Source of the DNA: the human T2T-CHM13v2.0 reference genome, Homo sapiens
Assembly (NCBI RefSeq): GCF_009914755.1
Contig: NC_060927.1
DNA length: 64,000 bases
Strand: one strand, 5' to 3'
Shown here: one piece after another, positions 44,616-59,251 of the stretch
How the letters are laid out: every line of letters begins with the position of its first letter
How positions within the stretch are numbered: the stretch's first letter is position 1
Made by a program: the position numbers and the translations under genes
The notes under the pieces: model-generated
Told to the model about the DNA's origin: nothing
What the model saw: only the letters and a program-made list of their open reading frames with translations
Databases searched by the model: none

Positions 44616-45534
44616 ATGCAACTTCTCTTTAATGGCCAGAAAGTGCATTTCTCGAATGATGAAACTAAAACCCGGAGGGTCCTCATCTGTGCAGGCAGGT
44701 GAGCATACCTAGACACCCGGCCCTCAAGCAGTCACTTACTCCACTCTCCATTTTCAACCCAGCTTCATTCGGAACAAGGAGGGGACAAAAGGGTGGGAGG
44801 AGAGGCTGCTCTGTGGAATGACCGTACAAGTTACTGAGAGATGAAACAAAAGCATTCATTTTCTATTAAATGTGAAAGATCTCTCAATCTCTAATTGGTC
44901 CTGCACTCTAAGGCAACTTAGCAGGGACTCAAGTACAATTTCCATGGAGAGAAGTGGTCAAATAGCTGAGGTCAAACCCTCCAGACTCCAACTGCAGCCA
45001 AGTGCTTTTATTTCCCTTGTAATTTTCTTTAAGAATAAATGTTAAACCTAAAACATACCCCCTTTTGGAGGCGATCTTGGCAGCTGGACTGAGTGGGAAG
45101 AAAAAGCACCTTGTACTCCCCGAATCAGCAGCCAAACTATGCACCATTGTCTAGAGGCGGTCACATGACAGCCATCACCTGAAACTTGGTTACTTCCAAT
45201 CCATGAAGGAAACAATCACTAGTGTGCCTTAACCCTTCCAGCTACTGCAGGCAGCCATGCTGCAGCTGCTCTCAGCAGCCCTCTCTCCCATTCCAGTCCC
45301 CGCTTAGGAGAAACTGTGCATGGCACAAATCTGATTGGGACAAGGTGGCGTTTGGGGAGAAGGGAGGGACGAGAAGGAAAATCACTGCTGTCCCTTCTAA
45401 GCAAAGACTACTCTACCTCTCCCAGCACTTGCTGTCTCGCAGTTTAAATTAATTACAGCTGAAAATACAGGGTTGCCATCTGGTTTGAAAAAGCAAGGAT
45501 AAGGGAATAAAATGAAAGGGTTCTTGGTACTAAC

Positions 45535-45548
45535 CTCACTTTAATCAT
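45535..45548 (-). CDS. VGLL4: VGLL4 alternative first exon coding part MIKVR (210-aa isoform)
   Basis: Minus strand ATG ATT AAA GTG AG|gttagt. The phase-2 donor joins the G of exon 28325 to give AGG (R), then NKTANG. Matches my recollection of a short VGLL4 isoform N-terminus. Confidence 0.8.
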
Positions 45549-45770
45549 TGCCAAAGAGCATGAAGACAGCCCAGCGTCCTCCCACAAGAAAGCCTTGGGC
45601 CTCACAAACTTGGCAAGCAGTCTCAGGCACAAAACTGGATGGGCGGGCGCTTGTCAGAATAAAAGTCCTCCCTGAAAGGAGGGTTGCGAGGTAAGGGGCC
45701 TGCTTGCCCCCTGCACTGCAATAAAAGTTTCCTATGGGTCCTGGGGTAGGTCAGGAACTCCTGGGAGGGT

Positions 45771-45780
45771 TTATTTATAG
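45771..45780 (-). promoter_or_regulatory. TATA/MEF2-consensus element (CTATAAATAA) upstream of the MIKVR exon
   Basis: Exact match to YTAWWWWTAR, contains TATAAA, about 225 bp upstream of the ATG. Confidence 0.5.
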
Positions 45781-48171
45781 AGGGTGCCTTGCCAAAACGC
45801 TACACGCATCATTACAGTTCCATTTGGTGAGAAAATAGATTTGCTGTCAGAATTACAGCACGCGATTTCCTCTTTCTTTGTTTCTCCATCTTCCATAACA
45901 TAAGGCTTTTATAAAACTTCAAAATAAGGCTAAAGAAAACACAGGAGAGGAAGGTTGCTGCAGAAGTGGAGACGCTCCGAAGGCAAGATGCATGCAACTC
46001 CACAGCAGGGCTGCAGCCGGCCCCTCAGAGAAGGAATGCCAGAAATCCCCTATTCTCTGCTGCAGCCGCAACTACAGTCTCACTCCTGCACTGTAGGAAG
46101 CAACTTCCTTCTGCCTCCCTTCCACCAGCAGAACCCTAGGTGAGAGGCTTTTCTCTTAGGACTCAGGCTGCCACAGATGGTGACTCCAGGCACTGGAGAA
46201 GCAAAGGTGCCACAGCCATCCTAGGTTTGTCTTGGTGAACTTACAGGTGGGTGCAAGAAGTTGCTAAGTCTGCAGATGTCTTAGCCATACGCCAGCATCA
46301 AGTAGCCCGGAGAAGTGAAGCAGAAGATTTTCAGCCCAATTTAAATTTCCACCTGCCCACTACCTGAGTTCTTTTACACCCAGGTCAGTTTTGCAAACAA
46401 GACCCTGATATACCCAAGCCCAGCTGCTTTCAGAAAGTAACACCAATTGAAGCACCACGGTATTTATCAGAGTAAACTCTGATCAACCAGATATAGTATT
46501 TTATAAACCAGAGGTTCTAATTATAAAAGACAAGATAAAAGCAGATTATGAAAATAGCATTTCTGTTCTGGTGAAAAACACATCTTCAACCCCAAAATGA
46601 TGTGAAAATTGTCTTCCAAATCCTGCCCTGACAGAATCACTGTCTATAGCAACAGTGTCCATAACATTCCAAATCTCAGGAGTGTAACTTTCTAGTAAAT
46701 GGTACATCTGTCAAGCCACAGGAAACATCTGGTAAAATGGTTAAATAAAAGCAGAATTTAAACTTTTCTGATTTCAGAGCTTACTAATGGTACTCAACAA
46801 GAGACTATCAAATACTCTAAAAGCTCAATGTGACAGTGAAAAATATCCTGGAGGGGACCAGGTGAGAAAAAGAGGACAAAAAAAGAAGACAACCCGGGAA
46901 GGAGTGGGCTGCAATCCCACTCTCGTCACGATGACGATGCTCCCATTCCAGGCCTGCCTCTGGGAGACAGTGGCCACAGCCCCCTCAGCTCCGCCAAGGA
47001 TGGGCACATTCCTGCCCATCACCATGGCAGAAACCTTCTCTGGCCTAGTTAAGTTCCTCTCTACCCAGGGCTGACTCCCCCAAGCATACTCATATCTCCC
47101 CAATGCACCCAACCCAGGAGGCCCTCAGGAGAGGTTTGGGGGGATGGACTGACGAAGTGATGACACACAAACAATAAGCTTCCCTCCGTTCCACGGCAGA
47201 CATGTGTATTAAACACATACAATCATTCTACCATCAAGACACACCCAGGCCAGGTGTTACACAATACATTTCAGTCCCTTCCAGAACATTTTACGAGGCT
47301 TTTCCATTAAATAAAAGATTTAATGATTTGGCCACATCCAAATTTTAAAAATCTATATTTCAAAAATACAGTAAATAATGCTGAAAAGCAAATAACATTA
47401 CTTATTTTCCCCAACGCATTTGACAGAGCATCCTTAATATGAAGAGTCGTAACATATCAAGAGAAAGAAGATGAATACTCTAATTTACAAAAAAGACAAG
47501 GTATAAACAACATCATGGTCACAGAAGAAGAAATGCAAACGGCCAATAAGGATATGAAAACATCATTCAAGTTCTCTAGTAGCAGAAAACAAACAAACAA
47601 ACAAAAAAACACACAATAACAATGTTTCTCCCCGAGAAACTTGCAAATATTATATAAATGAATAAATGGTAGCAGTCACCTGTGGGAAGATGCCGAGAGA
47701 GAGACAGATGCATACAGCTGCTGGTGGGAACAGATCAGTAAACCATATAGAGTGAAGCTGGCAGAACACACCAGCGAAAACAGACATGGAAGACCTCTGA
47801 CCCAGAAATTCCACTTCTATAAAAGTGGGAATATATGAGATGGGAGGAAGGATGGAGATATTCGAAGTTCTGCAAATGACAGTAAAACAATGTAAACAAC
47901 CCAAATATCTGTATTTGTTAAAAAGTTCTTTTGGTTACAAGCAACATAAAACAAACCTAGTTTAAGGAAAAAGGGGCAACTTACTGGAAAGATACTGTGA
48001 TATTTCTTGGAAATGAAAAAATGCTGACCAACCAATCCTTGAAAAGAGAAAAAAAAAAAAATGAGGTGGCCCCAGGGATCTGGGCTTCAGGAGGCGGAAG
48101 GCGCCCATGGTGGGTCCATGTGCAGCATCTCACCAGAGCCTGCCTTCTGCCCTCTCCCAGCACCCAGGGAT

Positions 48172-48197
48172 CCACCACCACCACCACCACCACCACC
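48172..48197. repeat. (CCA)n trinucleotide repeat, about 8-9 units
   Basis: Read directly. Confidence 0.9.
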
Positions 48198-48400
48198 GGC
48201 TCCAAGTGTCACAACTTGGTGACCTTCCTAGGTCCTATGTACATATCATCCTCCAATCACTGCTCCATTAAGGAGTTATTAACATCAAGTCAAAATCCCA
48301 AGAACACTTTTTATTATACATCAAATATGCTGCTAAAAACTAGAACATGCCCCAACACACACTTAAATGCTACCAGTTTTCACAGTCAAGAGACTTCACT

Positions 48401-48797
<397 letters not shown>

Positions 48798-49690
48798 TCA
48801 GATTTGTAGGTTTAAGGAGAAAAAGGGACAGGGGAATGTTCCACCTCTGCCATGAATAAGATACTGGATTTTTTAAAAAAGTAAAACTGCTGGAATTGTT
48901 GGCTAGACAGAGATGAGCCTTTGGGGCAGGAAATCAAATATTATGAAAAGGTGATTTATCTTAGAGCAGGCATGAGGTGTTTAATTTATTCCATGTATCT
49001 CGCCATCTTGCATTCCAAATCTTCTGCCTCCTCCAACAGCTCTCTTGCTTCCCTTGTCCTCTTTCTGAATGCACACTTCCCACCACAGAGGAACCACACA
49101 TATCCTAAATCCCTCCTTTATCATATACAACGTCACCCCTCCCAGTGCTGATGGACAGGCGACCCCCTGCCGTTGGTCCCTGGGTGTTTCAAAGAGAGGC
49201 CCTGAGGAGCTGACACTCCAGAGCAGTCTCTGGGTCCCCTCTTCCCATGAAAGCCCCCAACCCTTCCCCCTGCAAAGTGGGACAACTCCTAGATTAAAGA
49301 TTGCTAGAAAATACAATGACTAAGTGTGGTGTGATTCATTACTGAATCTTGAATTAAAAAGAATGTAAAAGAATTTTTTAAAAAATCTTAAAGTATAAAG
49401 GGCATTACTGAATATGAAAAGATGATGTGAGATCATATCATTGTCTGCACACATATGAAAGAAAGATAAAGCAAATACGGGCAAATGTTAACAACCGATG
49501 AATGCAGGGAAGGGTATGTGAGTGTTCACTGTGCTAGTCCTTCAGCATTTCTGTAGGTCTGAACTTTCTCCAAAATAAAAAGTATCTATGGTGAGGAAAC
49601 GGTGCAGGAAGGATAGAAAGAGGAGATTATCACCAAATTTGGCTGGAATATGTAGAATGATGTGATTTAAAGCACAGGTAATATGGTATA

Positions 49691-50012
49691 CACTGCCCTC
49701 CATATCCTCAAGTTCTGCATCCACAGATTCAACCGATCATGGATGGAAAATGGAGTCAGGCCTCTGATGGTACAGACTTTTTTCTTGCTTAGGAATAATA
49801 ATTCCCTAAACAATACAGTATAACAACCATTTCCACAGCATTTACATTGTATTAGGTATAAGTAAGCTAGAGGTGACTTAAGTATACGAGAGGATTTCCA
49901 TAGGTTATCTGCAAATATTATGCCATTTTACACGAGGGACTTGAGCATCCTTAGATTTCTGTATCCTCGAGGGTCTTGGAACCAATCTCCCAAGGATATC
50001 CAGGGACGGCTG
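49691..50012 (-). mobile_element. MER2 (Tc1/mariner-Tigger) MITE
   Basis: Reverse strand reads cagccgtccctggatatcc...gattggttccaagacc; imperfect TIRs; TA on both flanks. Confidence 0.8.
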
Positions 50013-52856
50013 TATATGACAATCGCTTTGTCGGGAGCCCTCAAATAATCTTCCCCAAGAGTTGGCACAGGGATACCAGGAGGAGCCTGCGTGATGGAGA
50101 GAGGCCTGACATGCATGAAAAGATGCCACTGGCAACAAATATGTTAGTTTCAAATATTAGCCTCAAAATGAAAGTCACAAGGGAAGTTGGAGAATCCAAA
50201 CTGCTTGCCCTGAATTGCACGAGACCTGCTTCTCACACAGACAACAAACTCTGTGTAGCTTGCCGAAAGTCGAGAAATAATAGCAGGGATTTAAATAAAT
50301 TATTTTGAAATTAAACCATGGCTAGTGGCCAAAGAGACTTTCAAGGCAAGGCCAAGGAGGCCATCTTCTGAGTAATAATACTGGGAGAGGGAGTTTGGGA
50401 GCAGATCACAAAGTCCTTGATGGTCATCCTAAAGGAACTGTGTCTTATTTCACAGTCCAAAGGGGGCCAGAGCCACAATCCAGTGATAAACTCAGCAAAG
50501 TCCTCCAATGAGGTTCTAGAGGAATCCCTGCCGATGAAGGAGCTGCATGGCTCAGGCGCCTTTCAGCAATGCCTCCCCTACCAAGCGTAGCCATGGTAGA
50601 CAGTCAGCTTCTAGGTGACATGGAGTGTCTGTGTTTCTATCACTGGACGTAACTTGCTCAAAAGCCAACGGCCTAAGACAAAATGATGTGGTGTCATTCA
50701 AAACCAACACACAGAGGATGACAGCTATTAGTGATACAAGCACAAATCTGTCACACAAAAATAAAATAAACGCAACAACAATCTACTAGAAAACAGCCGA
50801 AAAACACTTTGGCTTTGAGGACTTTTTGGAAAAATTTGAAAAATACCAGAACTGGTACATACTTGGGCCGAGATGTGTTTGCTTTTCTAGCAGAGTATGA
50901 GCAAATCTGCACTTTGGGTCAATTTCCACCCAAAAGAAATGTCTGGTCATCTCTCTGCCCTGTGAGACTCAACCCAAATGCACTGAATTCCTCACTTTCA
51001 TATACCTCACTTTATGTTCACACTTGGACTGGAGCCAGATGCATAAGCAAGAAATACAGAGGAGTGAAAAAAATCATTTCATCCACACAAGAAACCTGGG
51101 GGGCTTCTTACTGAGAGTCAACACCGGGATGAGATCACGTGCCGTGAAAGAAGCATCACGGGCAGGGCTGGTGCTACCGACTGAACCTCGCGCATGTGTG
51201 CGTTTTCGTTTTCTGTTTTCAAGAGCTTAGCAGGGAAAGGAGAGCGGTGGCGCTCTGTTCTGGCACATGTGGAAGTAAACATCAAGGCTCTAAGGGAGAA
51301 AATGGAAGTATACTAAGTGGTGCCACTCAGGGTTTATGTGGGCTTAAAAGTGATTCTTAACATCTGTCCCAAAGGGAAGAGTGTTTCCACAGAGCTCTCC
51401 TCGTGGCTCCTTTTTCATTCACACATTTACTCAGCACCTGGTTGGTGTCAGGCACTGGGAGGGTATAGTGCTACAGACCTGAGCAAATTCAGCCCCTGGT
51501 CTGGTGGAACTTGTAGACCAGGGAAGGGGACAGACAGCTGGACACCCAACTGTAGCAGAGTGTCATCGTTTTACACAAAGTAGTATTCACCTTGAAGCAG
51601 GAGGAAGTGCCACTTGCCAGAGGAGGTGGCTTTCAGAACCACACTGGAGGATGAAGTGAGTGTGCAGGCCCCCAGTTGGGCTGCAGCCCAGGGGGTCCTA
51701 CAGGCAGACGCCCATGGAGATGGGCCTTGGCAGTGTCACCCTGTGGTGGACTGGGAGCCGTGGAAGGATTCCAAGCAGAGATGAATACTTCAGAAACCAC
51801 CTTCTGACACTCGAGCACCAGTAAGACCAGCCAGGAGGGCACTGCCGTGCAAACAGGGGGCTAAACTACAGCCCCAGCCAGGGCCTACTGGGAAGTTAGC
51901 AGGCTGATCCACAGGCAATGACAGGAGGAAGGAGGAGGCAACGTCCCAGACAAATGGAAAGAGAGTTGTATCAGTCATGAATAGGGGGACAGAAGGCAAG
52001 GAGTAGACTTGGTGAAGTGCTGGAAGAACAATGGAGCAGCTGATGGCAATTCCAGTGAGGCGGTGCTGAATTTAGGGCACACATACAACACCCAGTGAGA
52101 GGGTGGATCTATGGGGTGTGAAGGCTTGGTCTAGGCTAGAGGTAAAGATGTGGGACTCAACCTATTGTGGCAAGTCCAGCCACGGGTTCATGTGTGACTT
52201 GGTTATAAGGGTCTGTGCAGGCAGAATGCCAGAGCCCTGGAGAATACCAATAACAACAAGTCTCTGGAAGATCCTGAGGAGTGGCCACAGAGGTGGGAGG
52301 GGACCAAAGAAAGCCAGAAAAGGGCCACAGGAAGCAGGGGAGGAGAGCCCTTCAGGGAAGAGGAAATCAAATAAGACAAGGGACTGAACTCTTTCCTGAA
52401 CCTGGCAACCAGTAGGTCACTCCTGAATGCAGGGAGAGGATTCAACAGAATTGTTGGTATGGATAACAGCACTGGACTAGGGAGTGGATATAAAAGAACA
52501 GGTGATCTCTCTAGAAATAGCTATGGAGGCGGGGAGAGGTAGGGATGGAAGATAAGCAGGCACAGGGTCAAAGGAGGACAGAACCTCAAGTTTCCTCAAT
52601 TTCTCTGGCCTCAGTGAATTTCTCTGAAAGCCCCAAGCATTAAAGATGGCACCCAGCAGCCCCAAGTCACGGAATTAAACACCATTTCATGTTCATACTT
52701 AAGCTTTACAGCACCAGAGCCTTGCAAGTCTGAAGGATTGTGATAAGAGAATTTTGGAACCAAATAAAATGCTCCTTTTGTTAGGCAATATTTATGGGGC
52801 AAGTATGCTCCAAGGAATATTAAAAATAGGTCTTATGAAAAGGGGATGAAGGATTC

Positions 52857-53222
52857 TGTCTTAGCTTGAGCTGCCATAACAAAATACTGTGGACTTCGTG
52901 ACTTAAACAGACGTTTGTTTTCTCACAGTCCTGAAGGCTGGCAGTCTGAGATTCGGACGCCAGCATGGTTGGTGACTGGTGAGGGCGCTTTTCCCGGCCT
53001 AGAGACAGCCGCCTTCTTGCTGTGTCCTTATGTGGTGGGGAGAAAGCAAGCAAGATCGCTGTTTCTTCTTATAAGGGCACTAATCCTAACAGACCAGAGC
53101 CTGCCCTCATGACCTCATGAAACCCTCATCACCTCCCAAAGGCTTCATCTCTAAAGAGCATCACATCGGGGGTTGAGGCTTCAACACGAGAATTTTGAGG
53201 GGACACCACTCAGTCCATAACA
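52857..53222 (-). mobile_element. MLT1A-type MaLR solo LTR with 5-bp TSD GATTC
   Basis: TG...CA ends; GATTC at 52852-52856 and 53223-53227. Confidence 0.85.
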
Positions 53223-53910
53223 GATTCAATGGCCAATTCCATTTGAGAAACTCGGCTAAACAGTGTTTCTGTGCATAAGACTTCTCAAAGCCTGAAAGGT
53301 GCTAACATGCAGGAGCAGACCTGGGAGACTGAGTTTGGGACCACCGAACTTTGACCAGGGAACACTTCCGTTTCCCTTAGAGCATCTTGAGAGAAGAGTG
53401 TTTTGAGACAGTCTGAGCAGTGGCGAGGGGTGTCACTCCAGTTGTCAGATGCAGCTGAGGAAATGACTCCTAACAAGCTAGAAAACTCATAACCATCCCT
53501 AGTTGGGTTCAATGACATGGAAATTTAGGGATGCAGCAAGATTTCAGTTCTCAGATGTGCTTCTACATTGACCTGACGTAATAGGAGTTGGTTTGTCCTT
53601 TCTACTTGGCCTTGACCCAGTTTCTGGAGCTTGTTTCTATGTAGATTCATTAGCTGCATTATTCTTAGGTCTCTTCAAGAAGAAAGGCAAGAGGTAGTAT
53701 AAGAAGTTGGAGGAGAGGGCAGTAGCAACAGTTGCTTCCTTCTATTCTGCAGTATGTGTTGCCTCTGCTGGGGCTGGAAGGCTCGGATCCAGAACTCAGA
53801 TCCCTTGTCTGGCACAGTTTCTAGCTACTGCCAGACCCAGAACATTACTGCAACATTAAGCCTTCTAATTATGTTTTGGAGACAATCTGTGAAGAAATTT
53901 CAAAATGAAG

Positions 53911-53923
53911 AGTGTGTGTGTGT

Positions 53924-53957
<34 letters not shown>
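53911..53957. repeat. Interrupted (TG)n microsatellite
   Basis: Read directly. Confidence 0.93.
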
Positions 53958-53960
<3 letters not shown>

Positions 53961-55929
53961 AACCCATAGAAACAGCAAAATGGAGAGAGAGCAAGACCTG
54001 CCATTTAACTAAAAACTACACCAGATACAGAATGTGGAGCTTGTAAACCACCTTGCTATGTTCCAGCTGCCATGTGACACAGGCAAATAATTGCTTTATC
54101 AGCAAGAAATTAGAGGAAAATAAAAGAACCATCAATAGCCACACCTAGCCAAATTTGTTAGCATTTCTCTTCCCAGTCTTCAATCAAATCTATTAATGTA
54201 GATTTGGGACAGCACTTCATATACATTCAGGACAAACTGGTTTTGTGTCACAGTAAGAGGTCTATGAAGGTCACAGGCAATGTCGAGGTTAATCCTCTAG
54301 CTACGGATAAAAACAGCTGCTACATATGTGCCCAGAGCAGAAGCATCTTCGCGAAGACAGCATTCCAAAAAGCACACTCAGAGGATCAGGAAAACAGCAG
54401 AATCCTGGGTTGTTTTGTTTCCTTACATTTTGAATACACTTGCATCATGTTAAAAGGTGACTCTGCACAGACCAATGCACATTCTGTCACATACCCCAAA
54501 CGTCCTCTAATAGGCGTTCCTCTTTGAGAAAAAAGTCCTTTCAAGGTTTTCGTCCCACTTTTATAAACTTCATGGCACAGATCAGAACCACAGAGGCTAA
54601 AGCCTAAGTCCCCAGTGCAGCCTGGAACAGCCTTTGTTCTGCTTCTCTGACTCCTGTCCCCCCTTGGCATTTCTTCATTCTGTGTCGTCGTTTGGCCAGA
54701 AAAAATGCCAGCAGCAAGATGGGGAACTGCCTTCCCAGCTCTCTGCGAAGACTCTTAAGGCAGAAGCGAGGCCTGCTGGGAGAAGGCTGATGTCAGCTCT
54801 TAAGAGCACAGCTCCCTGCTCGGATAAGGAGGCCTTTGTTTTCAGCTCAACTGTGAAAATGAGAAAATGCCTCTAGCCTGACAAACAAGAAACCCACACA
54901 ACACAGGTCAGGCCTGTGACCTTTACTTAAAGGTACCACACTCCATTAGCAAAACACTTCCAGGGAATCTGCAGATGCAAGAGTGGCCCTCAGAGAAGAG
55001 CAGCTCTGCTTCCACCTCAGGAAGGCAGGTTACAACCCTGAAGCAAACCTCACAGAGAATCAGTTCCTCGGTGATGATCCTCCCTAATGGGAATGGAAAC
55101 ACACACAACTGACATACATGGGGCAAAGTGGGGGGATGCTAAAGAAACTAAAAATCCCGATGTAACAACAATATTGCAGTTTCCACATTGGCAATCTAGG
55201 ACAACTACATTTATGACCATAAAATATCCTCTTAAATCCCCAGAATGCCTTTGGGAATACTTGTAAGATAGAGTATGAAAGTAAAGAATATAGAATTTCA
55301 GCACTGACCCTACCAAGTTTAGACTATGCCAAGGAGGCGTGGCAGAAAGAAAGAGCAGTTAGTTTGAAGGATTCCATTCCATAGGCTTTGATTTATGAAA
55401 TCTAGAGGGAAAAGAAAGACATGTCTTCAAATACTTAAAGTAAATTATAAAATGCTCCAGTTTGAATCTTTTAGGCTAAGGTTACTATTGGCTTGGGCCA
55501 CTAACTTAAAATTGGGCCACAGATTTTAAACAAGAATTAAAACAATCTAAAAAGCAGCTTCCCAAGCGTAAAGAAAACCCTTGTTTGTTCCTGTGGGATT
55601 CTCACCTGTACAAAGACTCATTTCAGGCCTCTTGGGGGCAGCTGGACAGCACTCCCCCTTCCACAATCCCTGAGGGAACCCTGGTGAGGCTGTGGGGACC
55701 TGGAGTGTGCCGAACTACTAACGTCCCGGGGCCTCCACCCCTTTACTTCCCTCCATCCTCCTTTGTGTGTGCTAAAATGAACAGTCCCCACCTCCCAAAT
55801 ATCCTCAGTAGTGTGTGGTTTGAGAGTGCTTAGGCTGCATCGTCCCAAACTATCAGGCATTAGGGTCCAGTATCGAATGATTCATCGCAGTTGGATATGT
55901 GTGCTATTAGCATAAATATCCCATGGTGG

Positions 55930-56150
55930 CTGACAGCACTGGCTCTAGGATCACACAGCCTGAGTTTTGAATCCTGGCTCTGGTACTTACCAGAGTGTGT
56001 GACCCTGAACAAGTTACAGAACTCTCAGTGTTACCATCTGTAAAGGAGGGATAACGATAGTCTCCACCTCATAGAACTGTGAGGATAAAACGATCGTGCC
56101 CATGAAGCACGCAGCACAGTGCCAGCGCACAAGGGCTCACGAGTTGCTGT
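55930..56150 (+). mobile_element. MIR SINE
   Basis: ttgaatcctggctct...tgtgaccctgaacaagtta...catctgtaaa core. Confidence 0.7.
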
Positions 56151-58125
56151 TACTAACAAGCCCTGGAAAAAAGCCCTCCCAATTCTCTGGATGCTGAGAA
56201 TCAGGACCTATCATCATTCTCCATGATGAAAAGTTCACCTCTCTCTAAAGCTTGTGTAGACATGAACACAATAACTTGTTTTGCCTATAAATACACATTA
56301 CTGTTTACGACGTCCCAGCTGCTAGCAGGGTCAAGGGACTAAAATAACCTCAGCTTTTCCATTTCCTCTGGGTTCACTTTTAACCTGAAATGAGGAATTG
56401 CTTCCTTCACTCTCATGGAATTTGTGAAATAGTCTCTTGGTAACTGGTCCATATACATCCAAACTAAAGGCTCTAAAGACATAGAAGCAACAGCTGCCAA
56501 AGAGGGTATGATCATGTTGCCAAAGATTTTACATCCAGATACCAAAAACTACAGATACTGCAGAACATTTGAGGTCTCATATATATAATCAACTCTTCTG
56601 CAAAAGATAAAGAAAATCCAGGGAAAACCCCCAATCCCATTTTAGCCAATCATCAATTTCTTCTTCTTACTGAGTTCCTATTATATGCCCAGCACCTGAT
56701 TTCAAAGGCTTCCTCCAACCTTTTGTTAAGCTGAATGAATTCGTGGTTTTGAGTTTGTTTTTCCCTCTTTTTCTATTCACCCCTATGGTGAGAAAAGTGA
56801 AGTGACAGGGCCAGGAAAAAACAAAACAAAACAAAACACCAGATGAACAATGAAGGATGAAAGGACAATGCAAGCAAAGGAAGAGGGAGGGAAGAGGAGG
56901 AAGAGGAGCTGCAACAGGAACCGGAGAGCCCAAGCCTAGAATACACACTCAAGGGCACACCAGAATCGGGACATCGGACTCCAGCAAACACTTCAAAGGA
57001 AGCGTCATAGAAGCAAAGACAACAAGGGGCCCATCTCACACCAGGACCGTGTTTCAAAGGCCCCCCATCAGCGAGGGGAGGCTGCGTTTTCTTTCACTGG
57101 GCCCTTCCTCGTTCATTATGGGTTGCTCAGTGGGTCTGTGGCAAACACAGCTGGATGGAGCACAAGGCTAGTGACCATGGCTTTGATCCCAGTGTGAGCC
57201 TAGGGGCTCTGCCCTATTCTGTGGCCGGGGGCAAATACACTGTAAATATATACGGCTGATCAAAGAGAGGATGCCTGCTCCAGCGGGAACGTGGGCTCAA
57301 ACAGCACTTCTCCTAGAGACAGGGTCCAATTCAAGTCAACATAAAATTATTTAGCACCTAACACATGCCAGACATTGGACTGGTCAAGTGTCATCTTAAA
57401 TACATGATGTGCACCTCTAAAGCTGCATGTAATTCCCCAGGTGGGATGTAGCTATGGCATCATCAAATGATCACTGGTGTTGGTGTCACACACAGCAGGG
57501 TTAATCCCAGCTGCCAACAACTTAGACACATCATCCTCTCACAAACTCAATTTTTGCTTTTATAAAATCAATCTGATATAGACAAAAAGACAGAGATAGA
57601 CAGATAGATGTAGAAATGTGCCTACCTAGTGTAAAGGGTCACAATTATTGTGAGAGTTAAATGAGATAATATATTTCAAGTGTCCAACACACGGCCAGTC
57701 TGAAGTAAGCACTCAATAAATGTTCCCTTCCTCACAGGTGACACATCCCACTCTAAGTCTACACACACACAGGTGACAACCTCTTCATTTCAGCACAGAG
57801 CCCTCTCAAGGTTCTACCCACGAAGCAGCCTAGAATGACTCTCACAACCGATATGAATTTACCATACTGTTACACTGCACCCACTGTTTGCCTTCAAGAG
57901 TTTTAATTCTATTACAAATACACAAGATATTAAAATGCACGAGGTCATCCATTGCAGCACTGTTAGTATTGTAAAGCACCTGAAATTGCCAAAATGTCCA
58001 AACACAGGGGACTGGTTGGATGAGCTTTGATGCATGCAGGTAATAGAGTGCCACGCAGCTGAAATCCAGAGTGAGGAGCTGGTAGGAAAAGATTTCCATG
58101 ATGTGTCATTGAAAAACACGAAGGC

Positions 58126-58430
<305 letters not shown>

Positions 58431-58501
58431 ATAAGAAAACACCAAGGCTGAAGTGAGTACACACAGTAGGCTATCGCACATGTAAGAAAGAAGGGGAAAT
58501 G

Positions 58502-59251
58502 CAGAGAAATGCAAATCAAAACCACAATGAGATACCATCTCACACCAGTTAGAATGGCAATCATTAAAAAGTCAGGAAACAACAGGTGCTGGAGAGGATG
58601 TGGAGAAATAGGAACACTTTTACACTGTTGGTGGGACTGTAAACTAGTTCAACCACTGTGGAAGTCAGTGTGGTGATTCCTCAGGGATCTAGAACTAGAA
58701 ATACCATTTGACCCAGCCATCCCATTACTGGGTATATACCCAAAGGACTATAAATCATGCTGCTATAAAGACACATGCACACGTATGTTTATTGCAGCAC
58801 TATTCACAATAGCAAAGACTTGGAACCAACCCAAATGTCCAACAATGATAGACTGGATTAAGAAAATGTGGCACATATACATCATGGAATACTATGCAGC
58901 CATAAAAAATGATGAGTTTATGTCCTTTGTAGGGACATGGATGAAATTGGAAATCATCATTCTCAGTAAACTATCACAAGGACAAAAAACCAAACACCGC
59001 ATGTTCTCACTCATAGGTGGGAATTGAACAATGAGAACACATGGACACAGGAAGGGGAACATCACACTCTGGGACTGTTGTGGTGTGGGGGGGGGATAGC
59101 ATTAGGAGATATACCTAATGCTAAATGACGAGTTAATGGGTGCAGCACACCATCATGGCACATGTATACACATGTAACTAACCTGCACATTGTGCACATG
59201 TACCCTAAAACTTAAAGTATAATAATAATAAAATAAGATAAAATAAAAAAA
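58502..59251 (+). mobile_element. 5'-truncated primate L1 (L1PA3/PA4-like): ORF2 C-terminus, 3'UTR, polyA, 18-bp TSD
   Basis: ORF2 end ...[19 protein letters not shown]...FSLIGGN* (to 59027). TSD AAGAAAGAAGGGGAAATG at 58484-58501 and 59252-59269. 3'UTR has GAG rather than the Ta-specific ACA. Confidence 0.95.

Noticed and set aside
58785-59027. 80-aa ORF with real protein similarity
   Set aside because: C-terminal remnant of L1 ORF2 in a 5'-truncated element, not a gene.
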